Source: Histomonas meleagridis 2922-C6/04-290x
Taxonomy: Eukaryota; Protista; Parabasalia
DNA length: 64,000 nt
Reading direction: 5' to 3'
NCBI GenBank assembly: GCA_020184695.1
Contig: JAANOX010000095.1
Coordinates: 1 to 64,000, forward strand
Positions within the stretch are counted from its first letter, which is position 1. Every line of letters begins with the position of its first letter. Shown here piece after piece: positions 22,716 through 33,730 of the stretch. The notes under the pieces are model-generated. The model was not told where the DNA came from. It ran no database searches and was given only the letters and a program-made list of their open reading frames with translations. A program made the position numbers and the translations under genes.

Positions 22716-25571
22716 ATGAATCTTGAAGAAAACAAAGTTTTCCTCACTGACACATCTGATTCAAAAACAGGTGATGAAAAATTTCAACGAAATAATGAAG
22801 GAGGTGAGAAAACTGAAATAGAGAATTCAGAAAACATAAATCAAGATAATCAAGATTTACCTACTGAAACAGAAACAACTGAAAAACAACCTACAGAAGA
22901 AGAAGATAAACTTGAAGTAAAAATTGGTTATGAAAATGAACAACAAGAAAAAGAAGATGAATTAAATTCTCAATCAAATCAAGAAGAAGAAATAATTCCT
23001 CAAGTAAAAATTGAGAATGAACAAGACCAACAAGAAACTCAAGAAAAAATTCAAGAAGAAAAAAATTCAAATACACAAAAAACTCCAAAACCCAAACAAA
23101 CTCATCACAAGAAACCTAAGAAAATTGAAAGAGATACTGAAGAAATCAGTATTCTTAACTTTGAAGATAAATTCAAAGATAATGAAAAACCTTATTTCAC
23201 AGAAGAATCGACAGTAATTGCCATGTGTAGGCTTGGGATTAAACCATCTCATCTCATGAAACCAACAGAAGCTGATTTTTCTGAATATCCAGATTTCCCA
23301 GATGTTCGTAAGAAAGTTGAAACCACTTTATTAAATCGGCGTGAGAATCTTATTAAGCAAATAAAGCAAGAGCGCGAAAAAGTACAAAAAGAAATTGAAA
23401 TGCGGAAAACTATGAGTGGACCAATCACTCAAACCACAAGAACTAATCCAGGGAACAACAATACATCGAAATCTAATTCGAGCGCTGAACAAATTGAACG
23501 AATCCGAAGAATGCAAAAGAAAGAAATCGAGCAACTTATTACAAATGAGTTAATTTATGAACAAACGAAACGTGACGAAGAAGAACTTCAACGAAAACGC
23601 GACGAACGAATGCGGCAAATGAACATAGAGATCCAACAAAAGCAAAAAATCGAAGCGGAAAAGCGGAAGCAAAAGAAAGAAGCAATAACAATTCGAATTG
23701 CAGAGCGTGAAAAGCAATTAATCGAACTAAAACGTAAACAAGAGAAAGAAGTCGAAAAGAATCAACAACACATTGCAGAGATGAAAGCTAAAAAGCAAAG
23801 GGAAATGATGCAATTAGAACTTGAGCGCCAACGACGAGCAGTAATTCGTAGGGAAACAATCGAAAAACAAAATGAAGAAGATCGAAAGAAAATGATTGAA
23901 AAACAAAGGCAACAATTAGAACGTGAACGTCTTATGGAACAACGACGTCAAGAACAAGTTATAAAGATCAAGAAACGAAACATGAAAATATTTAATGAGC
24001 AAAAACAACGTTATACACAAGCACAACAAAAAGCGCAACAAGAGAATGAAGAAAAGCGACAAATTATGGAACAAAAAGAAATACAAAATCGGAAACGATA
24101 TGAAAATGTACTTAAAGAACGTGATTTACAAGCGCAACAAAAGAAAATCCAAACAGAACAACTTATGGAACGTAATAAGAACGCGAGAAATAATATCGAA
24201 AAAGCTAAAGAAGAACGAATTAAAGAACTTGTGTTTAAGGAAAATAAAGATCAAGAAAGACGCGATGCGATTTTACATGATAAACTCGAGCGATATAAAC
24301 GCGAAAGACAAATCGAAAAAGAGAAATTACAATATATCGAAAAGATGCGCGAAGAACAAGAAAAGAATGAACGGAAACAACGAGAAGCATATTATAAGAA
24401 ATCGGAAGAAATCGATAAAAATGTCGAAAATGTTAAGAAATTACAAAGCGAAGAATTAGCGAAGAAAATCGCATATCAAAAGTTAAAGGATAAAATTAGA
24501 GATGAAAATGCTGAACGAATGAACGCGCAAAAAGAATATATGTTACAAACTAAAGGAGAAATTAATCGACAACGAGAAAAAAGAGCACTTGAATATGTAC
24601 AAATACAAAAAGATAACGCAATGAAAAGAAGAAAAGCATCAAATGATTTGGAAATGAAGAAGTTAAAAGTGAAAGAAGAGTTTAGAGAAATGATGAAACA
24701 AGGTAACCATATCGATATAGATTATTTAGCAAAGAAATATGATATAGATGTGAATGAACTAAAGGCGAAAATAGAAAAAGCAAGAAAAAGAAATCACTCA
24801 GTAAATGGTGAGCAAAATAAAACAAATGAATCAGAAACAGAAAATGAAAATGAAATAGAAAATAATAACTCAAATAAAAAGCCAAAAAGAAATAAAAAAG
24901 AAATTGATGAAAAACAAAAAACAAAGAATAAAGAAAATAAAAATGAAACTGATGATAAGAAAATAAATGAAATTGTAATCGATAATAAAAATAACACATC
25001 AAATGAAGTACAAAATGATGATGAAATTGCAATTGATAATAAAAATAATACAACAAATGATCAGAAATTAAATGAAATTGTAATTAATGATAAAAATAAT
25101 ACAACAAATGATCAGAAATTAAATGAAATTGTAATTGATTATAATAACAACACAACAAATGATCAGAAATTAAATGAAATTGTAATTGATGATAAAAATA
25201 ACTCATCAAATGAATTACAAAATGATAATGAAATCGTAATTGATGATAAAAATAATACAACAAATGATCAGAAATTAAATGAAATTGTAATTGATGATAA
25301 AAATAACTCATCAAATGAATTACAAAATGATAATGAAATCGTAATTGATGATAAAAATAATACAACAAATGATCAGAAATTAAATGAAATTGTAATTGAT
25401 GATAATAACAACACAAGCGATGAACAAAACGGAAACGAAACACTTGAGAACAACGAAAATGCGAATGAAGCTAAAAGTACAAATGAAACAAAAACTGAAC
25501 AAAATAAAAACGAAACAGAAGCAGAAAATAATTTACGAATCCAACCACCAGCAATAGAAAGAACAACATGA
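22716..25571 (+). CDS. Large charged coiled-coil protein with Asn-rich C-terminal repeats
   Basis: 951-aa ORF with E/K/Q/R-rich core. Confidence 0.85.
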   Translation: MNLEENKVFLTDTSDSKTGDEKFQRNNEGGEKTEIENSENINQDNQDLPTETETTEKQPTEEEDKLEVKIGYENEQQEKEDELNSQSNQEEEIIPQVKIENEQDQQETQEKIQEEKNSNTQKTPKPKQTHHKKPKKIERDTEEISILNFEDKFKDNEKPYFTEESTVIAMCRLGIKPSHLMKPTEADFSEYPDFPDVRKKVETTLLNRRENLIKQIKQEREKVQKEIEMRKTMSGPITQTTRTNPGNNNTSKSNSSAEQIERIRRMQKKEIEQLITNELIYEQTKRDEEELQRKRDERMRQMNIEIQQKQKIEAEKRKQKKEAITIRIAEREKQLIELKRKQEKEVEKNQQHIAEMKAKKQREMMQLELERQRRAVIRRETIEKQNEEDRKKMIEKQRQQLERERLMEQRRQEQVIKIKKRNMKIFNEQKQRYTQAQQKAQQENEEKRQIMEQKEIQNRKRYENVLKERDLQAQQKKIQTEQLMERNKNARNNIEKAKEERIKELVFKENKDQERRDAILHDKLERYKRERQIEKEKLQYIEKMREEQEKNERKQREAYYKKSEEIDKNVENVKKLQSEELAKKIAYQKLKDKIRDENAERMNAQKEYMLQTKGEINRQREKRALEYVQIQKDNAMKRRKASNDLEMKKLKVKEEFREMMKQGNHIDIDYLAKKYDIDVNELKAKIEKARKRNHSVNGEQNKTNESETENENEIENNNSNKKPKRNKKEIDEKQKTKNKENKNETDDKKINEIVIDNKNNTSNEVQNDDEIAIDNKNNTTNDQKLNEIVINDKNNTTNDQKLNEIVIDYNNNTTNDQKLNEIVIDDKNNSSNELQNDNEIVIDDKNNTTNDQKLNEIVIDDKNNSSNELQNDNEIVIDDKNNTTNDQKLNEIVIDDNNNTSDEQNGNETLENNENANEAKSTNETKTEQNKNETEAENNLRIQPPAIERTT
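24969..25425 (+). repeat. Coding tandem repeat, about nine units of 51 or 54 bp
   Basis: EIVIDDKNNTTNDQKLN alternating with EIVIDDKNNSSNELQNDN. Confidence 0.9.
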
Positions 25572-25818
25572 TATAAAACCTTAAAATATAGCACCTGATA
25601 AAGATACAGATTTGATATGGAAATAAATATCTATTGTTTTTATAACTTTGTTTTTTCATAATAAAAATTTGTGTATTATTGAAGCAGTAATGAAACATAT
25701 TAATATGACTTCCACTTTATTCCATATGAAGAAATCTTTGGGTGAGCAAAAATGAACGTCGATAATTAACGGTTAATTTTGGTTTTGAACATATATCTGG
25801 TCGACCATTGGATTTTGG

Positions 25819-26994
25819 ATGGAAGAAAACATTGCAATAAATAAAAAAGAAGAACTATCTAAACTAGAAAAAGGTGACTTTGATGCTATCCCAAATCTCC
25901 TTCAAGTTTTTATCGAAAACAATAATGAAGATCTCCTTATTGAGATTGGTATAAATATAACAAAAAATGCAAAACCAGGAATGTGGTTATCACAAGGACA
26001 AGGTATTGTTATGTTTGTTCAAGCAGCTTTCTTCTCAAAAAAAGCAATAGCAACATTAGCTCCTATTTTTGAACAAATTTCATTACTTGAATACACACAG
26101 CACATTTTTACTACCGTTACAAAAGCAATGATTTCCAATCCTGATCAAGCTGTACAAATTTTATTATTTATTTCATCCCGCGCTGTACAACATACTCCTA
26201 CATTTTACACATATGCTATTGGTACAATTGTTGCAACAACTTCTGTTGATGCTGAAAATCCACTTTTCCCGGCGACTTCACAAGCTTTCAAATATTTTGT
26301 AGATTTTGAACCAGAAGCCACAATAGGACCACTTGAGAAATCCATGACTGATGTTATTCATTTTCTTGCAAGTCAAAATCGGGAGAACTTCACTGTTTTT
26401 GCAACCCCACGATATGTTAATACTATGAAATTCTGGAGCCCATTTATGTTTCAATATACTAACTATGCTAATGCATTTGTAGATGTTGCGCTTCATGTCA
26501 TCCATGTTGATAGCTCACTTAAGCTTAATCCATTCCGTCTTCAAATTCTGAGGATTTTGATCGAAAACCGCCAATATCTTCCATGTGTTGCTCCACTTGC
26601 TAAAATATTAGGGAAATCTCTTCAAGAAAAAAATACTTCGGAAATAGATTTTGATTGGGATAATCTTCTTGTTGCCAATAAGGAAATAGCACGCACTGTT
26701 AAATACCAAGAAAATCTTTTTCATACATCACTTGAACTTTTGGATATATGTCTTACTGAACTTGGGAACAAAGTTGCATTTCCAGAGATTGTTGCGCCAG
26801 TAAACAGAGTGATCAAGAACATGAGAGAGAATCCTGTTTACCAGAGCAAAGAAAGAGAAATAAATAAATTTGCGAAGAAGATCGAAAGAAATTCCAGATG
26901 GATAACAGAGCAAAGAGAGAAAGAAGCGAATCAAACGGAATTCAACATAAGAGAGACATCAATAATTGAAGGTAAAGCGCCAATTCAAAACTGA
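25819..26994 (+). CDS. NOC2: Nucleolar complex protein 2 (Noc2) family
   Basis: LNPFRLQILRIL, KVAFPEIVAPV and KIERNSRWITEQR match Noc2. Confidence 0.8.
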   Translation: MEENIAINKKEELSKLEKGDFDAIPNLLQVFIENNNEDLLIEIGINITKNAKPGMWLSQGQGIVMFVQAAFFSKKAIATLAPIFEQISLLEYTQHIFTTVTKAMISNPDQAVQILLFISSRAVQHTPTFYTYAIGTIVATTSVDAENPLFPATSQAFKYFVDFEPEATIGPLEKSMTDVIHFLASQNRENFTVFATPRYVNTMKFWSPFMFQYTNYANAFVDVALHVIHVDSSLKLNPFRLQILRILIENRQYLPCVAPLAKILGKSLQEKNTSEIDFDWDNLLVANKEIARTVKYQENLFHTSLELLDICLTELGNKVAFPEIVAPVNRVIKNMRENPVYQSKEREINKFAKKIERNSRWITEQREKEANQTEFNIRETSIIEGKAPIQN

Positions 26995-27700
26995 TTATGA
27001 ATAAATACAATTTCAAAATTTTTAATTATTACGTAGGTGGTGAAACAACCACTTTTTTGGTAATATATACATAAATTAAGCTATATATTAACTGTGAAAA
27101 GGCTCAAGAAAAATCTGATGGACAATTGTGAGATCCCAAAAAAGGTGAATTAATTTTGCGGTTACAAATCCATCAAGATTCGTTCCTCCACAATTGACCG
27201 ATACTCACAACAAGGAATCACAAAATTAAACAGAAGATAAAAATATTTTAAACATTTTTCAACAATTCTTGTATATACTGGTTTAGATGTGGTGAATTGG
27301 TACATCCAGTCTTTGCTTAGATGACCGTTTGTGTATTGTATCTTACACGAATTTAAATGGAAAGTGACTAAATTCAAAGGAATTTTAAAAAAAAATTATT
27401 ATATCTTCATAAAAATTCGTCTACTGTTCTTATATGTTAAAATCTGATATGTATTAAATACATTACAAATAATTATAAAATTAAAAATAAATCTATAAGA
27501 GGGAAAGTTGACAGTGTCTTGTCACCACCTACCTATGTATGCATATATGAAACATATGATATGTCTCAAAAGAGAATGAAAAACCGAAAGCCATAATTAA
27601 ACAAGGTAAAAAATTTAAACATTTTTACTTCAAAATATAGGTGATCCACCTATTACCAAAAAGTGTTTTATTTTTTGAACAATAAAAATATTTTGTTATG

Positions 27701-29463
27701 CTAAAAGTGGTGACATTTGGAAGAGTTACTTTCAGTATTTGTGTCGATTTCTTCTTGAAGTAATTTGACTATTTCTATATGACCATTTGTGGATGCCAAC
27801 ATAAGTGCTGTTTTATATATTTAAAATAATTTCCATATATTATTAGTAATTAGAAAGTCATTAAAACAAATTTTAAATAAAGTAAATATAAATCTTTAGC
27901 ATTAATATTGATTCCATTTTGTTCGAGGAGTAATTTAACTATTTCAAGATAACCTTTTTGAGCTGCAGACATAAGTGCTGTTTTATATATTTAAAATAAT
28001 TTCCATATATTATTAGTAATTAGAAAGTCATTAAAACAAATTGCATTTCTATCATTAATATTAATTCCCTTTTGTTCAAGAAGTAATTTCACTTGTTCTA
28101 TATTACCATTTTTAGTTGCACGAATAAGTGCTGTGCCAAATGTTTTAAACAAGTACCAAATATTATTTCAAAACAATAAATTTAGAATATGAATATATCT
28201 TAAATTTATTTTATTATTTTCTATTACATATTTTATAAGTTCTGTGTTTCCTGATTGTAAAGTTAAAATAAGCATAGAGTTTGGAATTTTTCGTTTTTGA
28301 AGGAAATGCTTAACAAGGTATAAGTTTCCATGTGTTACATACTCATTAAGAATTCTGTCAACTATATGAAGTCCGCTTTCTTCTATATCTGAAAGCATTT
28401 CAAAATTTCCTCGACTCATAAAAAAATTTTCCTCATCTTTCATGTAAACATCGATTGAATACCTTAGTAACAGTATTGAATATAAGAGTCGGTAAAAGTC
28501 ATTGAATTTTGTGCCAAATGAAATTTGTAGTTGAGGCTCTATATCAAATGTATATGTGTGAAAAATTCGGTTATCATTCCACACTTCTTCTAAATTATTA
28601 TCATAAATATATTTTAATATATCATTTCGATGATATTCCATTGCTATTTCATATGCACCTTTAAATGATGAATGATTTTGTTCGCATAAATGAATGATTT
28701 CGATGTTTCCACCTGCAATTGCATATTTACCTGTGTTTTTCACATTTGCATTATTCATAAGTAAATATTTAAAGCATTTAACTGATCCAAAAAATGCTGC
28801 ATAATCAATTAATGTAACATTTTCTTGATTAATAAATGAACATCTTTCATAAAGTGATGGTTTAATTATTTGATTAAAATCAAAAAAATTTTGTGATGAT
28901 ATTTCTTGAAGTTTTTCGATTTCATCATTTCGAATGATTTTGACAATTTCATTAGGATTAATTCCTTCTTTAACATATTTCTTATGTAGTTCCCAATCAT
29001 TTTTTGAAAGTTCTGTAAGGTTATAAAAGAAATCTTTAAATTTGGAATCTTTATATGAAATAAGGTACATGTTTTCGGAAACATTTTCTTCATTTGTTCT
29101 GTAATGCACATAATATTTTGCATTAACATTTTTGGCGATACTTACATCTGCCAAATTCCGATCAATCATTTGTGCAATTAAAAAATGCGCTTCTTGAGAA
29201 TCAATTAATGAAATATTTTTGACGAATGATTCAATAATTTTGGTTTTCGGTTCTTTTGCTTGAATTAATTCCATAAAATTTAAGTATATATCAAATGATT
29301 TATTGCGTACACAAAATGCATAATAAATTAAATTACTTACAGTAATGCCAAATGTTATTGGAAAATCTACATCAAACAATGACATTATTTCCTGAAATGA
29401 TTTGTCAAGATTTTCTTCAGCTAAATTTAAAACTATTTGTTCGAATGCAATCATCTTTTGCAT
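27701..29463 (-). CDS. DUF3447-type ankyrin-repeat protein, 530 aa after removal of ten 17-nt spacers
   Basis: ORF 28168-29463 has VTLIDYAAFFGSVKCFKYLL...YAIAGGN. Removing 3+3+4 spacers joins three further ankyrin repeats in frame to TAG at 27701-27703 (1763-170=1593 nt). Confidence 0.8.
27812..28194 (-). other. Three linkers of 17-nt spacers alternating with single codons
   Basis: Linkers 28135-28194, 27982-28041 and 27812-27891 decode to RY-I-G-G-TAL, RNA-S-G-K-TAL and AKD-K-S-G-K-TAL. Confidence 0.9.
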
Positions 29464-30153
29464 AGGTAATTGGAACCAATGACAATAAATGTATTTTAAG
29501 GAATTTGACTGGTTTAAATGTAAAAGTGCTTTATCGTATTATCAAACAAAATCCGCCACTTTTGAATAAATGCACATGTTATTTGTTTTTTGACTAAGCA
29601 GAAACGTATAATAAACATATGATTATTATTATTTTTCGTTAAACTTTGTTAAAATAAATGCTATTAATATATTATATACTGAGTTTCGAAAAGCGTTGTA
29701 TATTGTTTGAACACACGCATTAACCCAAGATATAGTTCATTTAGAAAAAAGACGAAAAATTCAATTGTTTCCATTTTTAGGGAGCTTTAAAATAAAATGA
29801 ACAAGCTCATCTTTGTGCAAGGTTGAATGGTTTTTAATTATTTCAATAATTAGTTTATAGTTTTTGATATATATAACTATATTATTATAATTAGTTAGAT
29901 ATAGCTAACTAACTATAGCTTTATATAAAATAAATATGTTGAATTTATAGGATACCACAAGACAAACATATTTTTCAGTTCCCAAGAAAAGTTTAAACAT
30001 AAATAACAATCAATAACATATATTAAACAAATGAATTCCTTCATATCATTTTTCCTTTTTATTAAATCAGAAACAAATTAAAAGTTGTTCAAAGATACAT
30101 ACACAAGAACAAATCACCTATAAAACTTTATTTACTTGAAATATATTTCAAAC

Positions 30154-32778
30154 TTAAGCCGTTGTCATATTTAGCTTGAGCTCCAATATGCTCATTGGCC
30201 AATTTCTATCATTTTCCTTTACGATTGATTTCCTCAAAGCCTTTGCCGCTCTCATTCCGCATATTGGGCAATCTTCAGCGATCATATTCTCCGCTGCCAA
30301 AATATCTTTTTCAGCCTTTTTGTCCGCGAACAGTTTTTCTATTTTGGTAATTTCTTCTTCGCTTAACAATTCCTTCACACGACACATTAAGCAATCTTCA
30401 TGCAGACAATGGCCGCAAGGGAAATAGAACCCCACAGTATTATTTAATATCTTTCCACAATATGCGCAACTTTCTTGCATTGGGTTCTCGCCACTTACCC
30501 ATTCATCAAGGTCTTGTAAGAAGTGAACATTTTCTTGCGATTGTTTCTTTAATAACTTCAACTTCTTTTTCATCGAAGTTAATTCTTTCACTAAAGTTTC
30601 TTTGGATGCGATACGTATAGCTTGTTCATTACCTTCTTGTTCTAATTCGACATCAGCTTCACGACATAACTCTGCTTGAATCGAACGTGGCGAACGACGG
30701 ATATAATGTTTAATAGTATTCACGTCGATGTTCTTAGCGCAATTAATTGACTCATGATATAAACCTAATAAATAAGCTAAATAAGCAGAAGTTCGATAAT
30801 ATTTCGAAGTTAAACATCGCTGTAAAGTTGAATAAGGATTATTTAAGTGTTTAAAGCCATTATTATCTTTGAGAAGTTCATAAAGTTTTTGATCGAAATC
30901 ATTGGAATTATTATTATTAATATTAGTAATACACCAAATTAACATATCACAATGTTTCGAATTTAATGTTTTGATTTCTTTCTCTAATAATTGGAATGCG
31001 ATTTCAGATGGAAATGTTTCACTTAAATATGGTAATAATGATATTAAAAATGAAGAAATTTCATTAACTTTTTCTTTCGTAGTTAAGTCTTTAAATATTA
31101 AATTAGTGAACTTCTTATTAAAGATAATACTTGATAACAAACTTTGCGATGGTTTTTGTTCAATGATTTTATTTAATGCTAATTGTATATTATCATTTTC
31201 TAATAATAAATTTAATGTTATGTTTGAGTTCTTAAATTTGTTTAATACATTTGGATTACTTAAGACTTTAGATACTGGTGAAAATGCTCTTAATTGTAAC
31301 ATTTCGATAATTAACTTTAAGATATCATATTTACCTTCAGTATCAACATATATAATCGGATCAAATAATTCCGGATTATTATATTTACATGCATTAATGA
31401 TTTGTAACTCTAATATTAAAAATTGTTCACATAAAAGTGATAACTTTTCTTGTGGTAATGGTTCATCATAACTCTTTTTAACATATAAAACTTTCTTTTG
31501 TTGATTTTGTTGTTCAATTCGTTTTTGTAAATCATTAATAAGTAATTCAATCGAATTATCATAATCTTCTTTCTCTAACAAAGTGGACAAAAGTTCTGAA
31601 GTAGAAACATTCTCTGATGGTTCTAAGTCTTTAAGTAATTTCTCTTTTTCTTCTCGAAGTGTTGGAATATATTTATATTTTTCTTCATTTGTAATATCGA
31701 TCTTATAGATATATTGTGCTGTGGTGAAATATATTTGGCTAAGTTTCTCTGTGCGTGAGATATCGATTGTGATGTTAATGATTTGTTGTTCTTTAAGAAT
31801 AGGATAATGAAATACTAATCGACATTCTTCATTCGAAAAGCCTAACACAACATTTTTGTCTACGATCAATGTGTAATATTTCGTCATAATTAACGGAGAA
31901 TATTTGTTGTATAAAAATGACTTGCTTAAGATATTGCTGGGAATATCAGAGATTTTTACACCATAACTACCAGGAAATTCATCAATAAGTTGATCAAAGG
32001 TATAAATACGAAGTTCCTCAAGAGATAAAAAAGAAACATATTCCGAATTCGAATAAACAAATGATGGTATACATATGTTGGATTTCGTGATACGTCGTAA
32101 ACGTGTGGGCTCAGAGGAGGTTCCTGGCCATTGAAGTATGACAAGTGATTGACATGTGGTGTATAAGATATATCGTGAATTATGACATGTAATTGTGGCT
32201 ATCGAGGCAATCGGAGTCTTGTTTTCATCAGTGTATAGCTTGCGAATACTAACATCTTTGGAAAGTGGTTTGATTGTTAAACACATTATTTGACCAAAAT
32301 TCGAACCAACTAAAATTAAAAGTTGACTTCGCTCTTCAATCCAACAAACTGCTGTGGTGGAATATGCAATGTCATCAGTAGAAACATCAATGATTGGTCC
32401 GGACGCTTGATTGATTAACTTAAAATTAACAACTTTAAGACCACTTCGTGGAATAAGAAGAAGATACCCTGGAATAGGACTTGCAGAAATGGCATCTATT
32501 ACATAATCAAACTTATGTTCATATTGTTTAGGTTGTGGTGAAGCTTGTTGCTTACAAACAACTGTATTACCATCTAAAACAGAGACAGAGTACTTGTCTG
32601 CTTGTGCATAACATGTTAAATGCTTATCTGCTTTTGGTAATTTTGTCATTTTTTCAAGTTGCAATGGTGGAATCCTTTGACCAAAAACCATTCGACGATC
32701 AGTTGTGAATTTATCTATTTCTTGTTGCTCTGTATTAATAGGTCCTGATGGATATCTTTGAATGGAAGAATTTCTCAT
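30154..32778 (-). CDS. VPS18: Vacuolar protein sorting 18 (Pep3)-like
   Basis: Beta-propeller-like N-terminus, helical solenoid, coiled coil and C-terminal RING CAYC...FPCGHCLHEDC...IAEDCPICG. Confidence 0.8.
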   Translation of the reverse strand: MRNSSIQRYPSGPINTEQQEIDKFTTDRRMVFGQRIPPLQLEKMTKLPKADKHLTCYAQADKYSVSVLDGNTVVCKQQASPQPKQYEHKFDYVIDAISASPIPGYLLLIPRSGLKVVNFKLINQASGPIIDVSTDDIAYSTTAVCWIEERSQLLILVGSNFGQIMCLTIKPLSKDVSIRKLYTDENKTPIASIATITCHNSRYILYTTCQSLVILQWPGTSSEPTRLRRITKSNICIPSFVYSNSEYVSFLSLEELRIYTFDQLIDEFPGSYGVKISDIPSNILSKSFLYNKYSPLIMTKYYTLIVDKNVVLGFSNEECRLVFHYPILKEQQIINITIDISRTEKLSQIYFTTAQYIYKIDITNEEKYKYIPTLREEKEKLLKDLEPSENVSTSELLSTLLEKEDYDNSIELLINDLQKRIEQQNQQKKVLYVKKSYDEPLPQEKLSLLCEQFLILELQIINACKYNNPELFDPIIYVDTEGKYDILKLIIEMLQLRAFSPVSKVLSNPNVLNKFKNSNITLNLLLENDNIQLALNKIIEQKPSQSLLSSIIFNKKFTNLIFKDLTTKEKVNEISSFLISLLPYLSETFPSEIAFQLLEKEIKTLNSKHCDMLIWCITNINNNNSNDFDQKLYELLKDNNGFKHLNNPYSTLQRCLTSKYYRTSAYLAYLLGLYHESINCAKNIDVNTIKHYIRRSPRSIQAELCREADVELEQEGNEQAIRIASKETLVKELTSMKKKLKLLKKQSQENVHFLQDLDEWVSGENPMQESCAYCGKILNNTVGFYFPCGHCLHEDCLMCRVKELLSEEEITKIEKLFADKKAEKDILAAENMIAEDCPICGMRAAKALRKSIVKENDRNWPMSILELKLNMTTA

Positions 32779-32801
32779 TGTTTTTTTTTAAAAGATCTAT
32801 G

Positions 32802-32893
32802 GAATAATTGTCATTAATTTTGAGGGGAAATATTATTGTCATTTCACGAATAATTGTCATTAATTTTGAGGGGAAATATTATTGTCATTTCAC
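32802..32893. repeat. Perfect 46-bp tandem duplication just upstream of VPS18
   Basis: gaataattgtcattaattttgaggggaaatattattgtcatttcac occurs twice. Confidence 0.95.
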
Positions 32894-32996
32894 AAACAAT
32901 TGTCCAAAAACAAAAAAAAAAATTAAAACTAAAATTCATACAATAGTATTTTAATAATATTTTGTTCCAGTATCCTCCGTGATAACTTAAATCTTA

Positions 32997-33626
32997 TTAT
33001 GATAGTGATTCAAGTTCAATTTTTAGTTCATTAATTCGAAACTTCCAACTATCAGTACACTCAAATTCCTTTTCTTCTAAATCGAGTTTGGTGTCTAAAA
33101 GTTTCTGTTTTGATTCAGCTTCAGCTTTCTTCATTTGTTTTGTTTTACTTTCCAAATTTTCATTTATTTGAATAAGTTCTTCATTTTCCTTCTGTGCAGT
33201 AGATAGCTCTTTTTCTACTTTCTTTATTTTGTTCTCTATCATAAGAATTTGCTCTTCAAGTTCAGCTAATTTATGTGATTTTTCTTTCTGAGTTTTTCGG
33301 TCAACTGTTATACCTTCCTTTAATGTAGTCCTTATAATTGGTTGTTCTTCTGTCTTAGGTTTTAATCTTTTAGATTGCACATTTCTTTTAGGTTGAGATC
33401 TAACTAACTCATTCTTAGATTTATTTTCAGAAGAGATTAATTTAGAACTTATTGTTTGCTTTGATGATGAATATTTAGGTGAATTCTTAATAGATGATTG
33501 TTTCGTATTTTTTAATATTGGTTTAACATTGTTAGAAATATCAACATTTTCACTGTTGGCTGAAGAGAATAAGTGCTCACTACCTTTTGAATCGATACTT
33601 GCAAACACTTGTTGGAAGACATTCAT
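32997..33626 (-). CDS. Hypothetical coiled-coil protein
   Basis: 209-aa ATG ORF, S/K-rich then heptad-rich. Confidence 0.75.
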   Translation of the reverse strand: MNVFQQVFASIDSKGSEHLFSSANSENVDISNNVKPILKNTKQSSIKNSPKYSSSKQTISSKLISSENKSKNELVRSQPKRNVQSKRLKPKTEEQPIIRTTLKEGITVDRKTQKEKSHKLAELEEQILMIENKIKKVEKELSTAQKENEELIQINENLESKTKQMKKAEAESKQKLLDTKLDLEEKEFECTDSWKFRINELKIELESLS

Positions 33627-33730
33627 TGAACAATAATTCTAAACGTATGTAACACAATTTACATTCAGCACTTTACGAAAAGTGACAACAAATACTAGTA
33701 TATTTTTGGGTAAGTTAAATTTAATTTCAA

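Noticed and set aside
22891-25698. Numerous antisense and alternate-frame ORFs over the coiled-coil gene
   Set aside because: Shadow ORFs from biased, repetitive codon usage.
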